DNA of 64,000 bases from positions 73,283,153 through 73,347,152 of the forward strand of contig NC_068983.1 of assembly GCF_001194135.2 (NCBI RefSeq), read 5' to 3'. The DNA is from Octopus bimaculoides. Taxonomy: Eukaryota. The position numbers and the translations under genes were made by a program. This document shows positions 12,805 through 25,941 of the stretch, piece by piece; within the stretch, counting starts at the first letter, position 1; every line of letters starts with the position of its first letter. Below the pieces are notes generated by a model. That model ran no database searches. It was not told where the DNA came from and worked only from the letters and a program-made list of their open reading frames with translations.

Positions 12805-13337
12805 AGATGCAGCGATGATGACGACGACTTGCAGTAGGCGAAATTTGTTAGCATGAAAGCAGCTTATATAGTCTTGGATTGGTATTTTATGCCATTGTAC
12901 GCTCCTCTGAAGAGAAAGGCCGCTGGGAAATAAACTTCCGGTGACGTCCATTGAACTAGTATGGCTGCAGATATTAGGTGGCCGCGCTCTTTTCATGTTG
13001 CAAATAGGAAAGGCGAGGTTTTTGTAATGGACCCAGTCACAGTCGACACTTCAAATAGGCATATGGAAAATAACACAGAATAGAAGTGTGTGTGTGTGCA
13101 TGTGTGTGTGTATGTCTGGTTGTGCGCACAATGTGGGCGTAAAAGTTGTATTCATATATTTACGTGTGTGTGTGTGTGTGTGGATATATAGACATGTTTT
13201 AAAATGTGTGCATGCACTAAAATATTCAAGTCTAATCAATCGTTTTCAATTTTATATATCAAATGTATATGGCTATGTGTAATGATATATATATATATAC
13301 ATACATATAATAATACAAAGAATATATATGCATGTAT

Positions 13338-13370
<33 letters not shown>

Positions 13371-13819
13371 CATACATACATCTGTGTGTGTGTACACACA
13401 CAATGTAATATATAAAATATATATACGTGTGCATGTGACTGTGGTATATATGTTTCGTTTGTTATTTTTTCATATATGTATAATTTAAAGATGAAAAGGT
13501 ATGTAAATGCATGCTTGTATGTGTTACAATATTAAAAGAAACAAATTGAAAGATTGAAATGACATTTATTCACACACACACACACACATACATAAGCGCA
13601 TGCACATATAAACACAGAAACACATGCACTCTACAAACATGTAGAAACACTACAAAAGATTAAATGAAACACACACACACACACAGACGAGTTAATTACT
13701 AAAGAAGCTGTGAATAAGCTTATATGTGTACTTAAATATGTTTCAAGCCGCTAACAGTTGTTTTTGTTTGTTTTAAGTATTTCACTCAGTGTTTTGAGCT
13801 TGATTTTTGAGAGATGTAA

Positions 13820-14380
13820 ATGAAGAGTGAGAGAGGGGAAGAGAGAGACAGCCAGATTCAAGGGAGAGAGAGCAAGAACTATATACTAGGGAAAGATAAA
13901 AGGACGAAGCATGTGTATAAAGTTGATGATAGAGAACAAATCTATGAACGAAAGAAAGAGGGAGAGAGAGAACTATCGAGCCAATTACAGAGACGCAAAC
14001 ATTATAGGCGAAGTAGAGAGGAATTGTGCGAGGGACTGAGTGAGAAGAAAGAAAGAGAAAAAGAACTGAGAAAGGAGGATTAAAAGTAGAGAGCTAATAC
14101 GGAATGAGGGAGAGGAGAGCAACAACAAAAAAAAAAAGAAGCCAAAAGAGAGATATAAATAAATAGATAAGAAGAAAATCAGAGGAGAAACTCGAATGAA
14201 AGTGAGAATGATGAAGAATAATAGGAAGTGAAATGTAAAAGAGAAATAGAGAAGGTTCGAGAGACGTGGATAGAAAGCAAGTATGAGAAGTGAATATGTA
14301 AGAAATTAAGCCATGAAAAAAAAAGGAAAGAAAGAATAAGATAGACAAACCGATATATAACACACACACACATAAGATAG
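13820..14380. repeat. Purine-rich (GA/AG) low-complexity tract
   Basis: Strongly A/G-biased + strand. The E/R/K-rich ORF there is compositional. Confidence 0.8.
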
Positions 14381-14439
14381 CAAGATAGCTACATATATGG
14401 ATAGATATAAAGATAAACAGATAAAAGATAAGAGATATA

Positions 14440-14450
14440 CAGATAAAGAA

Positions 14451-14537
<87 letters not shown>

Positions 14538-14560
14538 GATAGATAGATAGATATAGATAA

Positions 14561-14591
<31 letters not shown>

Positions 14592-14695
14592 TAGATAGAT
14601 AGGTAGATATAGATAGATAGATAGAGATAGATATAGATAGATAGATACATAGATATAGACAGATAGATATAGATAAATAGATAGATAGATATTCT
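14440..14695. repeat. (TA)n(TG)n(GATA)n compound microsatellite
   Basis: Directly visible. Confidence 0.95.
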
Positions 14696-15116
14696 TTAGA
14701 GAGAGAGTGGGATGGACGGGAAGAACACTAGAAAGAGGTACCTAGAAAAAGAAAGAAGAGCAGAGAGCAATAGAGATTAAGGGGATAAAGGGAGAAAAGA
14801 GGCAAAAACAACATGGAAATGTTATAATTGCAAAACGGAAGAGTGAAAGATAGAGGGTGAGAAAGAAAAAGAGAGAAAAACAATTATATAGAGGGGGAGA
14901 GGTAGAGGAGGTGAACAGGGCGGTAAGGATATATTACGGGAGCGGTTTTTAGTACAACAAATATGAAAACGCAACAACTTTGAACTTATCTTTTGATATA
15001 TATACTTACACACATACGTATATATAGATTTATTTATTTACACACATACATACGGATGTAACGCAACTTCTCTGAAGTCTTTTAGCTTCAAAGGCAGTCA
15101 TGTGTGTGTTTATGTA

Positions 15117-15152
<36 letters not shown>

Positions 15153-15258
15153 CTCAATATATATATTATATAGCCTCTGAAAACGCGTCGTTTTTATGTT
15201 AAGGCCATACATGTTATATGTGTGTGTATGTTTACATATATGCTTTATGTATATATAT

Positions 15259-15312
<54 letters not shown>

Positions 15313-15375
15313 TCCACACACTTACATACATATGAACATACACATTCATATAATGCATATGCTAACGCATACACT

Positions 15376-15431
<56 letters not shown>

Positions 15432-15600
15432 TATGTGTATAACATATAAGTAACCGGAACTGCTCACATGCGTGTGTTCATGAAGTGATATCCGATTATG
15501 TTATAATGATTTTACGGTGTATCGGTATGCAAAGAAGACGTATGTTAATGTATATAAATACGTAAATATCAACTCTTGTCTGCATGTGTATATAATGTTT

Positions 15601-15668
<68 letters not shown>

Positions 15669-16468
15669 ATCGTATGTACACTTATGCCTAGAACGTTTGT
15701 AGTCAAAGCTTTTCCTGAAGTAATTTCATTTAACTGAACACATTTATACTAATATATATATATATATATATATATAATGTATTGATGCAAGCATGTGTGT
15801 ATGTATACATACAATTTGTGAAGTTTTTCATTCGATGTTATATATTGAAGGTTAAACCGATGATTACTTTCACGTGTGCTGTATGTTGCTTTTTTAGTAG
15901 CATATTTTGATATGAATAACATGTCCACATCCTTTTCATTTTGTTTTCTGTGTGTGTGTGTGTGTAAACAAAACACATACGTGTACAACATTCTCTTGCG
16001 ACTGACTATGCACTTAATGCAAGGAGCCATTATAGCGCATTATTAGAAATGATTTCGCACAAGAATATGGTGTTGCACCCATGCAGAAAAGTGCGAGTGA
16101 ATCGTTAAGCTCTTAATATCTTAAATTCGGAGTTGGTGATTTTATCAGTCACATTATTCCCACGATCCTTTGGTGCAAGCGTCACCAGCATGACACCATC
16201 GATTCCATCAAAATTGTGGGGTAGAGAATGCTTGCAAAAACATTTTGAAAACTTAGAAATGTTAATTAGGAAACAGGAACTCAAACTCGTGTCTTTCGAC
16301 ACACACACACGTAAATATATGTCTATGGATATATATATATAATACACACACAGACATACGCACGCGCGCACACACACATACACATATTTATATACATATT
16401 GTTATATTTCGGGACGGTCATTTTTTTTTGCTAAATTAACACACGTACTATATATTTGTTCTTCACTC

Positions 16469-16521
<53 letters not shown>

Positions 16522-17222
16522 CACACACACACATAAACATACATATATAATGTGTCTATGTACCTGATTATATCTATTGTCTACCAATATATACGCACAC
16601 AAAACAATATAGACATACACAAGTATATATATATACCGGATATGATATATATATATATATATATATATATACTAACATACATTCATATGTATGGATGTAT
16701 GAGTGTGTATGTATGGATGTATGAGTGTGTATGTATGAGTGTGTATGAGTGTGTATATACACACACGCACAAACATTTATGTATGTATTTTGTTTGTGTT
16801 TTGTATATGTGCGTTGGATTGTGTTCTGTAAATATGGCAGTTGCATGACAACTGTGGAGCAGGCACTTAATTAGAGAGGTCTTCAAACGAAGCTAATACA
16901 AGCTTCTATGGTTTTTAGCGATGTTGTTGGCTGGCTTGTTGGTCGGTTCGCTCTTTGGCAAATTTAACTGCTTATTTTGTTTGGGTTTCATTGCTGTGGC
17001 TTTTTAGTTTCGCAGTTTTCAGTGTCACATGTTGGGTTTTATTAAATCTTATTTTAGCGTGCACATCATTCATTTATTTTGACTACACAGCTTTAACAAA
17101 AACGTGTTTACACGCAGATACAGACGACAAACGCGCGTATGCCTATCTGCTTATCTTTATAATTTTCTTTCTAACAATGTATTTATTCAAATACAAACAC
17201 ATACATAACACAGTGTATGATC

Positions 17223-17284
<62 letters not shown>

Positions 17285-17289
<5 letters not shown>

Positions 17290-17445
17290 GAGAATTTACG
17301 AAATAAACAACAGACGAAGACGGGTGGTGTAAACAAAAAATGGATGTATTAGTATAACGCTCGGGAATAGAGAAAGTCTTTAACGTTTCGAGCCTACGCT
17401 CTTCAACTGAAAGGAACACAGAAAGAAACAAGGAGAGAAAAAAAT
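17285..17445 (-). mobile_element. Short PLE pseudo-LTR-like repeat carrying a hammerhead-like motif
   Basis: Minus strand: pyrimidine tract, then CTTT CAGTTGA AGAGC GTAG GCTC GAAACGTT AAAG, then GAGCGTTATACTAATACATCC. Related to 30330-30470. Confidence 0.55.
17378..17413 (-). ncRNA. Hammerhead-like motif with a degenerate catalytic core
   Basis: Helix I CTTT/AAAG, helix II GAGC/GCTC and helix III palindrome ACGT are all intact. The core reads CAGTTGA instead of CTGANGA. Confidence 0.45.
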
Positions 17446-18344
17446 ATATAAATGTAGTGGTCAGCGATCTATCATGTATATAGGGATATCAAAGTGGGCT
17501 CTGAATTCAAATCATAAAGAGATATCTGAGAATGACGATGATGATGGCAGTTTATTCGTGTCCGATGTCTTGGAGAAGAGTGGGACGCCTATGTAAACTG
17601 ATTCTTGACGCTGTTGGGCTTTTCTTCCTGCTTGCAGTTAGTAGTTTCAAAGTGAAAGTCAATCAATGCAATCTGATCCTACTCTTTAGACTTGGAGGTC
17701 TGATCACGGTGGCTCAGCAGACTGAGATATCTAAGGACTAGCAAGTTGTAGGTTTTATATTGGAGTAGTCTTCACCTAGGTGAATTGCCTTACGGGGCTA
17801 GAGAGTTCCACTTACTCCTGGAGTTGCCAGAAGAGTATCAAAGAGAGTACCTGACCACTTGAGGAACTTCACTCCTTGATTTGCTGTCGAAGTTGACTCC
17901 CCAAACCGTTCTCTTTCCCAAGGCACTCCACAAGGCAATGAGAGTTTGTGCTTGGACTTTCTTCCATAACATGCTAATTAACCCATAACTGAGACCCCAA
18001 GAGGTTAGAGAAGACATAGGAACAATTGTGGCTAAGAGGTGGTTCCATACTCGTCAAAACCTTGGAATTCTCGAAACAGGGCCCCTCTCCCAGATGCAGT
18101 TGAAGTCATACTTATGTCCTGAGTGTCAGTGTATACTGCAACGTATATAGTCGAATATTACCATTTCTGTTGCATTGCTACTTCAAAATTTCAAATTAAA
18201 TATAAATAGTAGAAAATGCTATTGTTTAGTATCAGGTCAACTTTCACCATGCAGACCAATGGTTGCGTGTAGTTTTGCCAGCAAACATGGTAGCTCCGCT
18301 TCTCCAGATGTTATTTACAATACATTACATGCACATTCTAACAC

Positions 18345-18731
18345 GTTGTTGGCACTCCGTCGCTTACGATGTCGAGGGTTCCAGTTGATCCGATCAACGG
18401 AACAGCCTGCTCGTGAAGTTAACGTGCAAGTGGCTGAGCACTTCACAGACACGTGTACACCCTTAATGTAGTTCTCGGAGAGATTCAGCGTGACACAGTG
18501 TGACAAGGCTAACCCTTTGAATTACAGGCACAACAGAAACAGGAAGAAAGTGTGAGAGATAGTTGTGGTGAAAGAGTACAGCAGGGTTCGCCACCATCCC
18601 CTGCCAGAGCCTCGTGGAGCTTTAGGTGTTTTCGCTCAATAAACACTCACAACGCCCGGTCTGGGAATCGAAACCGCGATCCTATGACCATGAGTCCGCT
18701 GCCCTAACCACTGGGCCATTGCACCTCCACT
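18345..18731 (-). mobile_element. tRNA-derived SINE family B, full length
   Basis: Head GTGGAGG(T)GCAATGGCCCAGTGG...GGTTTCGATTCCC, tail ...GGAGTGCCAACAAC. 13-bp TSD CACATTCTAACAC (18332-18344 / 18732-18744). Confidence 0.92.
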
Positions 18732-19089
18732 CACATTCTAACACAATGAGGACAAAAAGAACCTCTCTTCACACTCCTTCGGGCTACTAGAAATCACAGT
18801 CAAATTCCCTTCAAATTATAGCTCGTCGGTATTGTCACGGCTAGAATGTCTTTTAGTAAAGGTCTGTTCGACTAGAGGTGAACTGCCCCCCCCCCAAAAA
18901 AAAACCCCACTTAGCAGTGGACACTATAAAAGAAAAGGAGCGTTGCATCAAAATAACAAGTTACCCTCACACCAGGTGCCTGACCCGAATGTTTACCAAA
19001 GATATGCAAAGATTGGACGAGACGAAAATTTTCAAACCCAAAAAGAGAGTTATATTAGTAACTAACATCATTATAAAAAATCTGTTATC

Positions 19090-19515
19090 GTGGCGAACAG
19101 GCAAAAACCGTTAGCTTGCTGGGAAAATGCTTAGCGGCATTTCTTATATCTTTACGTTCTATGTTCAACTTCCGCTGAGGTCGACTTTGCCTTTCATCCT
19201 TCGGAAGTCGATAATATAGTACGAGTCGGGTAGGGAGATAGATGTAATCGACAAGTGCAAATTTCAGGCATTGTGCTTGTAAAACGGACTATTAAAAAAT
19301 CTTAAGGCGTCGAATTGCCTGAATCCTGACCGCACCGGAAAAAGTGCTTAGTGGTATTTCTTTCAGTTTTAAGTTCTGAGTTCAAATTCCGCTGACGCCG
19401 ACTTCGCCTTTCCTATGTGGGGGTCGGTTAAACAAGAACCAGTTGAACAGTGGGGTTCATGTAATCGACTAACACCTTCCCACAAAATTTCAGGTCTTGT
19501 GTATAGCAGGAAGAA
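19090..19515 (+). mobile_element. Two tandem diverged SINE family C copies
   Basis: Each contains AAATGCTTAGCGG..ATTTC...TTCTGAGTTCAAATTCCGC..GAGGTCGACTTTGCCTTTC...TGTAATCGAC, homologous to 30503-30698. Confidence 0.7.
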
Positions 19516-19948
19516 TTACTAAAATTACCTAATACAACGGTTTTCAAACACTAGTACCGGATTAATGCCAACTAAAATATAAATGAAATTATTTGGTATA
19601 ATCCGTTGATAAAAGATAACAAAATTAGTTTGAATTCATATAATTTCTGTTTCTTCCCCAAATATAAGGAGTTGGAAACGAACGAAATTCTACTAAACAG
19701 TGCAATTTGTCTGCCATCTTTTCAATCCGAGCAATGAAAAAAGGCAAATATCACACAAACTCTTTACCAACGCTCAAACACGTGCGCGCGCAAGCAGACA
19801 CACACGCACGCTATATATGTGTGTGTATATACTTTTACACTAATCATAAGCATTATATATATAGTACATGTGTGTGCGTGTGTGTGTGCATACATGTGTA
19901 TATATATTTATGCATGTATTATATATATCTCTATAATACTCATGTATA

Positions 19949-20016
<68 letters not shown>

Positions 20017-20414
20017 ACATACATCACACACAAGCACACAGAGCAATTGGTGGGATTCAAAAAGCTTATTTCCCATCTCACACCTCACACCCTTCTAGCG
20101 TTACTCACCCGTGTATCTATCTTTAACAAAGACAAAGGATCCAATATCCATCCATTAAGTACATTCCACCTGACTGAATATCTTGCTTATATTGCCGCTG
20201 GCAAAATATCTCTTCAGATGGCTTTTTCAAGGCGGTAAGAGCGAACTTTGCTTTTTGAAACATGAAAGTCACAGGTTTCTTTTAACTGCTCGCGACCAGG
20301 GCTATCCGCAAAGAGCTATGGTAACTAACATCAGAAAATTGCTAAATCCTCTGCAGTTTAATCACACACTCGTTCTTTCTCTTTCCCACTCTCTTTCTTT
20401 TATATATATGTGTA

Positions 20415-20467
<53 letters not shown>

Positions 20468-20626
20468 TGCGCGTTGCGTTCCGGGTTCGTTTGTGAATAT
20501 ACATATATATTATACCGTGTATACGTGCATATTCACACACACACACACCAGATTGTGTAGATACATGCACGTATGTTTATATATAATATATATTATACAT
20601 ATATGCATCTATATATATAGTTATGC

Positions 20627-20665
<39 letters not shown>

Positions 20666-22640
20666 CATACATGCATATATATATTATATATATACATATG
20701 CATATATACCCATATATACATCCATATATAGGCATACATTTATCCATATATATATATATACATACATATACATATATACATACATATATATACATANNNN
20801 NNNNNNNNNNNNNNNNNNNNNNNNNNNNNNNNNNNNNNNNNNNNNNNNNNNNNNNNNNNNNNNNNNNNNNNNNNNNNNNNNNNNNNNNNNNNNNNNNNNN
20901 NNNNNNNNNNNNNNNNNNNNNNNNNNNNNNNNNNNNNNNNNNNNNNNNNNNNNNNNNNNNNNNNNNNNNNNNNNNNNNNNNNNNNNNNNNNNNNNNNNNN
21001 NNNNNNNNNNNNNNNNNNNNNNNNNNNNNNNNNNNNNNNNNNNNNNNNNNNNNNNNNNNNNNNNNNNNNNNNNNNNNNNNNNNNNNNNNNNNNNNNNNNN
21101 NNNNNNNNNNNNNNNNNNNNNNNNNNNNNNNNNNNNNNNNNNNNNNNNNNNNNNNNNNNNNNNNNNNNNNNNNNNNNNNNNNNNNNNNNNNNNNNNNNNN
21201 NNNNNNNNNNNNNNNNNNNNNNNNNNNNNNNNNNNNNNNNNNNNNNNNNNNNNNNNNNNNNNNNNNNNNNNNNNNNNNNNNNNNNNNNNNNNNNNNNNNN
21301 NNNNNNNNNNNNNNNNNNNNNNNNNNNNNNNNNNNNNNNNNNNNNNNNNNNNNNNNNNNNNNNNNNNNNNNNNNNNNNNNNNNNNNNNNNNNNNNNNNNN
21401 NNNNNNNNNNNNNNNNNNNNNNNNNNNNNNNNNNNNNNNNNNNNNNNNNNNNNNNNNNNNNNNNNNNNNNNNNNNNNNNNNNNNNNNNNNNNNNNNNNNN
21501 NNNNNNNNNNNNNNNNNNNNNNNNNNNNNNNNNNNNNNNNNNNNNNNNNNNNNNNNNNNNNNNNNNNNNNNNNNNNNNNNNNNNNNNNNNNNNNNNNNNN
21601 NNNNNNNNNNNNNNNNNNNNNNNNNNNNNNNNNNNNNNNNNNNNNNNNNNNNNNNNNNNNNNNNNNNNNNNNNNNNNNNNNNNNNNNNNNNNNNNNNNNN
21701 NTATATATATATATATATATATGCATATATATGTACATGCACACAAATATACGTATGTATGTATATCTATATGTGTGTGTACACACACACACACACACAC
21801 ACATCCTGTGGCACGTGCATGCATATAGTCATTTGACAAATCGACTGATGTGAATTAACACACAAACACAGTGAGAGTCTCTCTCCCGCCTTCTCTCTCT
21901 CTACACTTCTACACTTGCTTCACGAAAAGCCATTGTCTATGGTGAGTAGAAAAACTCCGATTAACCGATTTTATGCACGCTATTTGTAGATGAAATCTCC
22001 CTCTAGCTGTGTTAAACAGCTACAAACAAGCAAGGGATATAACTCTCAAGATTATTTGATAGAATTTTTTTTGGACAACGTAAGACAATATAAATAGGGG
22101 CCAGAACCTATCTTTGAAGGTAGGTTGACATGTTTCGGTATTATTAAAGCTCGTCGGTGAATTATAGTCTATTTAATTGATAAAACTTTAATCAGAACAT
22201 ACAGAAATTGATAGCTGGGAGAAGGTACAACAGGAGAGCGTTCTCCATATTAAGCCCTCCACTACATAATGGAATTGAATTTCATGCATAATTAAATCAC
22301 GCTGAGAGCGGCGGAGACACTTCTCTGGAAGCCGTGGGGTAAACAGCTTTCCGCGTTCAAATGGTTAAATACAGTTAATACTATATTTACAACATTTCTG
22401 CTACTTCCAAACACACACACACACACACACACACACAATGCCTATTGAGTAGAATATATTTCTCTCAAGAGGTCTATAGTGATACTTTTAGCAGCTAATC
22501 TTCAAAACAAGATCCGTTTTCATGTCATGTTCATCGTCTTTTTTCGTGCCCTACCAGATTCAGTTAGCTGATGTTATTGGAGTTGTTTCCCTTGCTGTTT
22601 TCTAAACATCACCAGAGTAAGATTTTGTCTACTAATTATA

Positions 22641-22879
22641 TAAAGATATCCTTCGGTCATGAAAGACCATGGGGTTGCACCTAGAAAGTTACCCTCCAAG
22701 GCGTAAGTCCGGACAAGATTGTTTATGGAAGACCAGCAGTCGCTCATGTATACCAGCCTTCCCTCTCCACGCCACCGACGTTATTATCCAAGGGAAAAGC
22801 AACGCCGATACAACTTAGCACCAGTGGCGTCTCAACTCATTTCTACAGTTGAGTGAAGTGGAGAAACATGAAATAAAGT
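22641..22879 (-). mobile_element. SINE family D, 5'-truncated
   Basis: The reverse complement aligns with 40165-40400 (AGAAATGAGTTG.GAC..CACTGGTGC...GGTGGCGTGGAGAGGG...GCTGGTCTTC.ATAAACAA...TTCATGACCGAAGG). Confidence 0.8.
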
Positions 22880-23190
22880 AGGATTGTTTTTTTCAACTAC
22901 CTCACATATGCGGGGCCCTTCCGTGTGTATGTATTTATTTTGCAGGATACTCCCTTGAGGTATTTCTATTTTTTCCTCAGTTCTATTGTCGATATACTTT
23001 GTAGTGATTTAGTTTTCTTATCACATGGTAGTCATTTGTTATTCATTTTAAACCTGCCATAGCAGTATACTCGATCGGACCCGCCCCGCCAAATAAACGG
23101 CCACGCACACATACATGCCGCAGCCTTCGTATACTAGCTATATGTACACTAGATGTATACCAGCGACCCACCAGAAATATTAGTGTAAAT

Positions 23191-23444
23191 CAGTGGTTCT
23201 CAACTGGGGTCCACATGGCCCTTAGGAGTCCAATTGAGATTTTGCTGTTGAAATTTATGTGAAATTGGTTATACTTCTACAATGCACAAAATATTTTAAT
23301 AATTCTTTACACAATTCCTTAATAATGTGTAAATTAGAAAAAATACAATGGGAGATTTTTAATCATCGAATGTTTATTAGGGTCCAGTAAAGTAAAATAG
23401 GAATCAAAGGGGTCCATAGGTAAAAAGGTGGTTGAGAAACAATG
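23191..23444. mobile_element. hAT (Charlie-like) MITE, 254 bp
   Basis: TIRs CAGTGGTTCTCAAC / GTTGAGAAACAATG. Perfect 8-bp TSD GTGTAAAT (23183-23190 / 23445-23452). Confidence 0.88.
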
Positions 23445-24631
23445 GTGTAAATCCTTTGCCCGAAACGAAACCCTTTTATTACTGACGTGACCTGTATCGT
23501 TCTTGAAATGTTTAAAACCTTAATTTTATTAAACAAGGTTATTTGTTCATCCCTTTTTAATCCTCAGACCCGACCCATTGAGAAATATTGCACTACCCAG
23601 CATCCATGTTATTAATTAAGCAACGTCTTCTAAAATAAGCATGGGCATCCGACTGCTGCAAGGACCGCATGAGGCCCTTTATGTCGTTTTAATATGGCGT
23701 GCGTTATTTTGATAAACATTTTGTAACATAATCTTTAGGGCTCAACTCTTATTAATTTAAACAATCCCCCTCCTCCTCCTCTCTCTTCCTCCCTCCTCCT
23801 CTCTCTCTTCCTCCCTCCTTCCCTCTCTCTCACACACACTTTCATTCATTCACACCTTCCTCTTGAACAAGTTTTTATAATATTTACATAGAGTAACAAT
23901 ATAAGATGTACTTAGTACGATATATGGTGTTATATTATACATTTCGTAGTGACCCCATTAATGATGACCAATATTCTATAAGGCCCCATAGCTAGAAAAA
24001 GGTGGTCTATGCTTAATCTATACCACCCACATCCTTCGTTTCTCTACATCTCTTATTCCTGCATACTTCTATCTACCTACCATACACATGTGTGTGTGTG
24101 CGTGCGTGCGTATAAATATACTTATAAACATTCTTCAATAATCTATCGATACATTTTTACATTCAGCTTTTAATCCGTCCATGTATAATTAAAGAAAATA
24201 GTTTGTTTCATGAAAAATAAAAATAAATATACAAGCAAAAGCATCGTCCTCTTGTCTTCTTTTTTATCTTATACTTTCTTTCTCTTTCACTTTCTCTCTC
24301 ACACTCATCTCTTCCACAAAAATCACCCTCGCCTCATTCTCTACATAAACACCCACATACAAATTAAATATTTATAGGCAAATCAGCAGTTTTGTTTCTT
24401 TATTGGCAACCATCAAATAACTTCTGGCAACTAAAATGATAAATATATAAACTTGAAAGACTTTTAGTGTTTCTATAAATAAAATATCGGATTTGAAGGA
24501 AACTTTAGAGAGAAAAATTACACTGGAATGAGTATTCTCTTATTCTCTCGGTTTCTTGTGAACTGACAGATTGAATTCTTATCGGGACTTTGACAATCAT
24601 CATCAGCGTTAATTGGACCAGAGTATTAGCG

Positions 24632-25201
24632 TGGCTCTCCGTCGATTACGACGATGAGTGTTCCAGTTGATTTGGAGGATTTTTTTTCAATCGGATACTG
24701 GTTGAATGTGCCACGTAGAACACGGTTTACTCTTAACGTTTTTGACAAAATTTTGTATTTTAGAAGTTATTTGGTGTTAAGTTTGTCGTATTTGGGTAAT
24801 TTTAACCAATCAATGACGTGTATTTAGTTGAAGATAGTTACAGTGTTCTACATGACACATTCAACCAGTATCCGAAGTTTCAAACTGTTTAGTTAAAAAA
24901 AATTAAACAAAAAAATCTGTGACTGAGATTGAAAAGATCCTATTTGGATCAATGGAATAGCCAGCTCGTGAAATTAACGTGCAAATGGCTGAGCACTCCA
25001 TAGACACACGTAGCCGTAACATAGTTCTGAATGTGACAAGACTGACCCTTTTGGATCACAGGTACAACTCGTTTTACCAGCTGAGTGGACTGGAGCAACG
25101 TGAAATAAAGTGTCTTGCTCAAGAACATAATGCGCTGTCGGGAATTGAACTCACGACCTTACGATCGTGAACCGAATACCCTAACCACGAAGCCACGCGC
25201 C
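24632..25201 (-). mobile_element. Chimeric tRNA-SINE (family D-type head and core, family B-type tail), interrupted by a MITE
   Basis: Head GGCGCGTGGCTTCGTGG...GAGTTCAATTCCC, core TTCTTGAGCAAGACACTTTATTTCACG (as in 40150-40180), tail GCACGTTAATTTCACGAGC...GGAGAGCCA (as in family B). Split at 24677-24940. Confidence 0.8.
24677..24940. mobile_element. 264-bp MITE with GGAT(C) termini and 8-bp TSD (Merlin-like), with an internal 33-bp inverted repeat
   Basis: Ends GGATTTTTTTTCAATC / GATTGAAAAGATCC. TSD GATTTGGA (24669-24676) / TATTTGGA (24941-24948). Inner IR 24691-24723 vs 24843-24875, 31 of 33 matching. Confidence 0.75.
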
Positions 25202-25426
25202 AGGCTTTTGACGCGTAACAGTTTCGTAATAGTCCGGAATTTCAAGACTTTTTCATTTAAACTGTACTTTTCTCAGCGTTGTTTCTCTTTGAAACAGCAG
25301 AGTATACTTTGTATCTTATCTATACAATGCCTCGGTTAATTCTGTTTCCTTAATTCCTTTGCATATAGCCCTAGAAATTTCTTCCACCTAAGCAATCAAC
25401 CATAATTTTTTCTATTTATCATCACC

Positions 25427-25746
25427 TTTTACTTGTTTCAGTCATTTGACTGCAGCCATGCTAGGGCACCGCCTTGAAGAATTTTCAGTCGAATAAATCG
25501 ACCCCAGGACTTTTTTTAAAGTCTAGTACTTTTTCTATCACCCTCTTTTGTCGAACTGCTAAGTTATGGGAATGCAAACACACCAACACCCGTTGTCAAG
25601 CGGTGGTGGTGGACAAACACACATACACACACACACATATATATATAGCACTGCATTTAAATTGATGCAATGATTGCATTGTTCAATTAAATGGAGCGGT
25701 TGAAACGGTTGTACTGCATTACTACTTAATATCTTGCTGCTTATTT

Positions 25747-25788
<42 letters not shown>

Positions 25789-25941
25789 GACGGGCTGCTT
25801 TCAGTTCCGTCTACCAAATCCACTCACAGGGCTTTGATCGGCCTGAGGCTATATTAGAAAGCACATGCCGAAGGTGCCATGCAGTGGCACTGGATTCGGA
25901 GCCACATGGTTGGGAAGTAAGCTTCTTACCACAGTCATGCC
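25427..25941 (-). mobile_element. SINE family A, near full length, with extra sequence in the microsatellite region
   Basis: TTTTACTTGTTTCAGTCATTTGACTGC...TTCCGTCTACCAAATCCACTCAC...CTTCTTACCACA. Confidence 0.85.

Noticed and set aside
13820-14083. Glu/Arg/Lys-rich ORF
   Set aside because: A by-product of a purine-rich low-complexity tract.
16105-16383. Complex-looking ORFs on both strands as a possible host exon
   Set aside because: No recognisable domain and no convincing splice pair with an open frame. It cannot be supported without a search.
20418-21839. Long 350-470 aa ORFs, and similar ones at 48770-49448 and 54868-55949
   Set aside because: Their length comes from N gaps translated as X.
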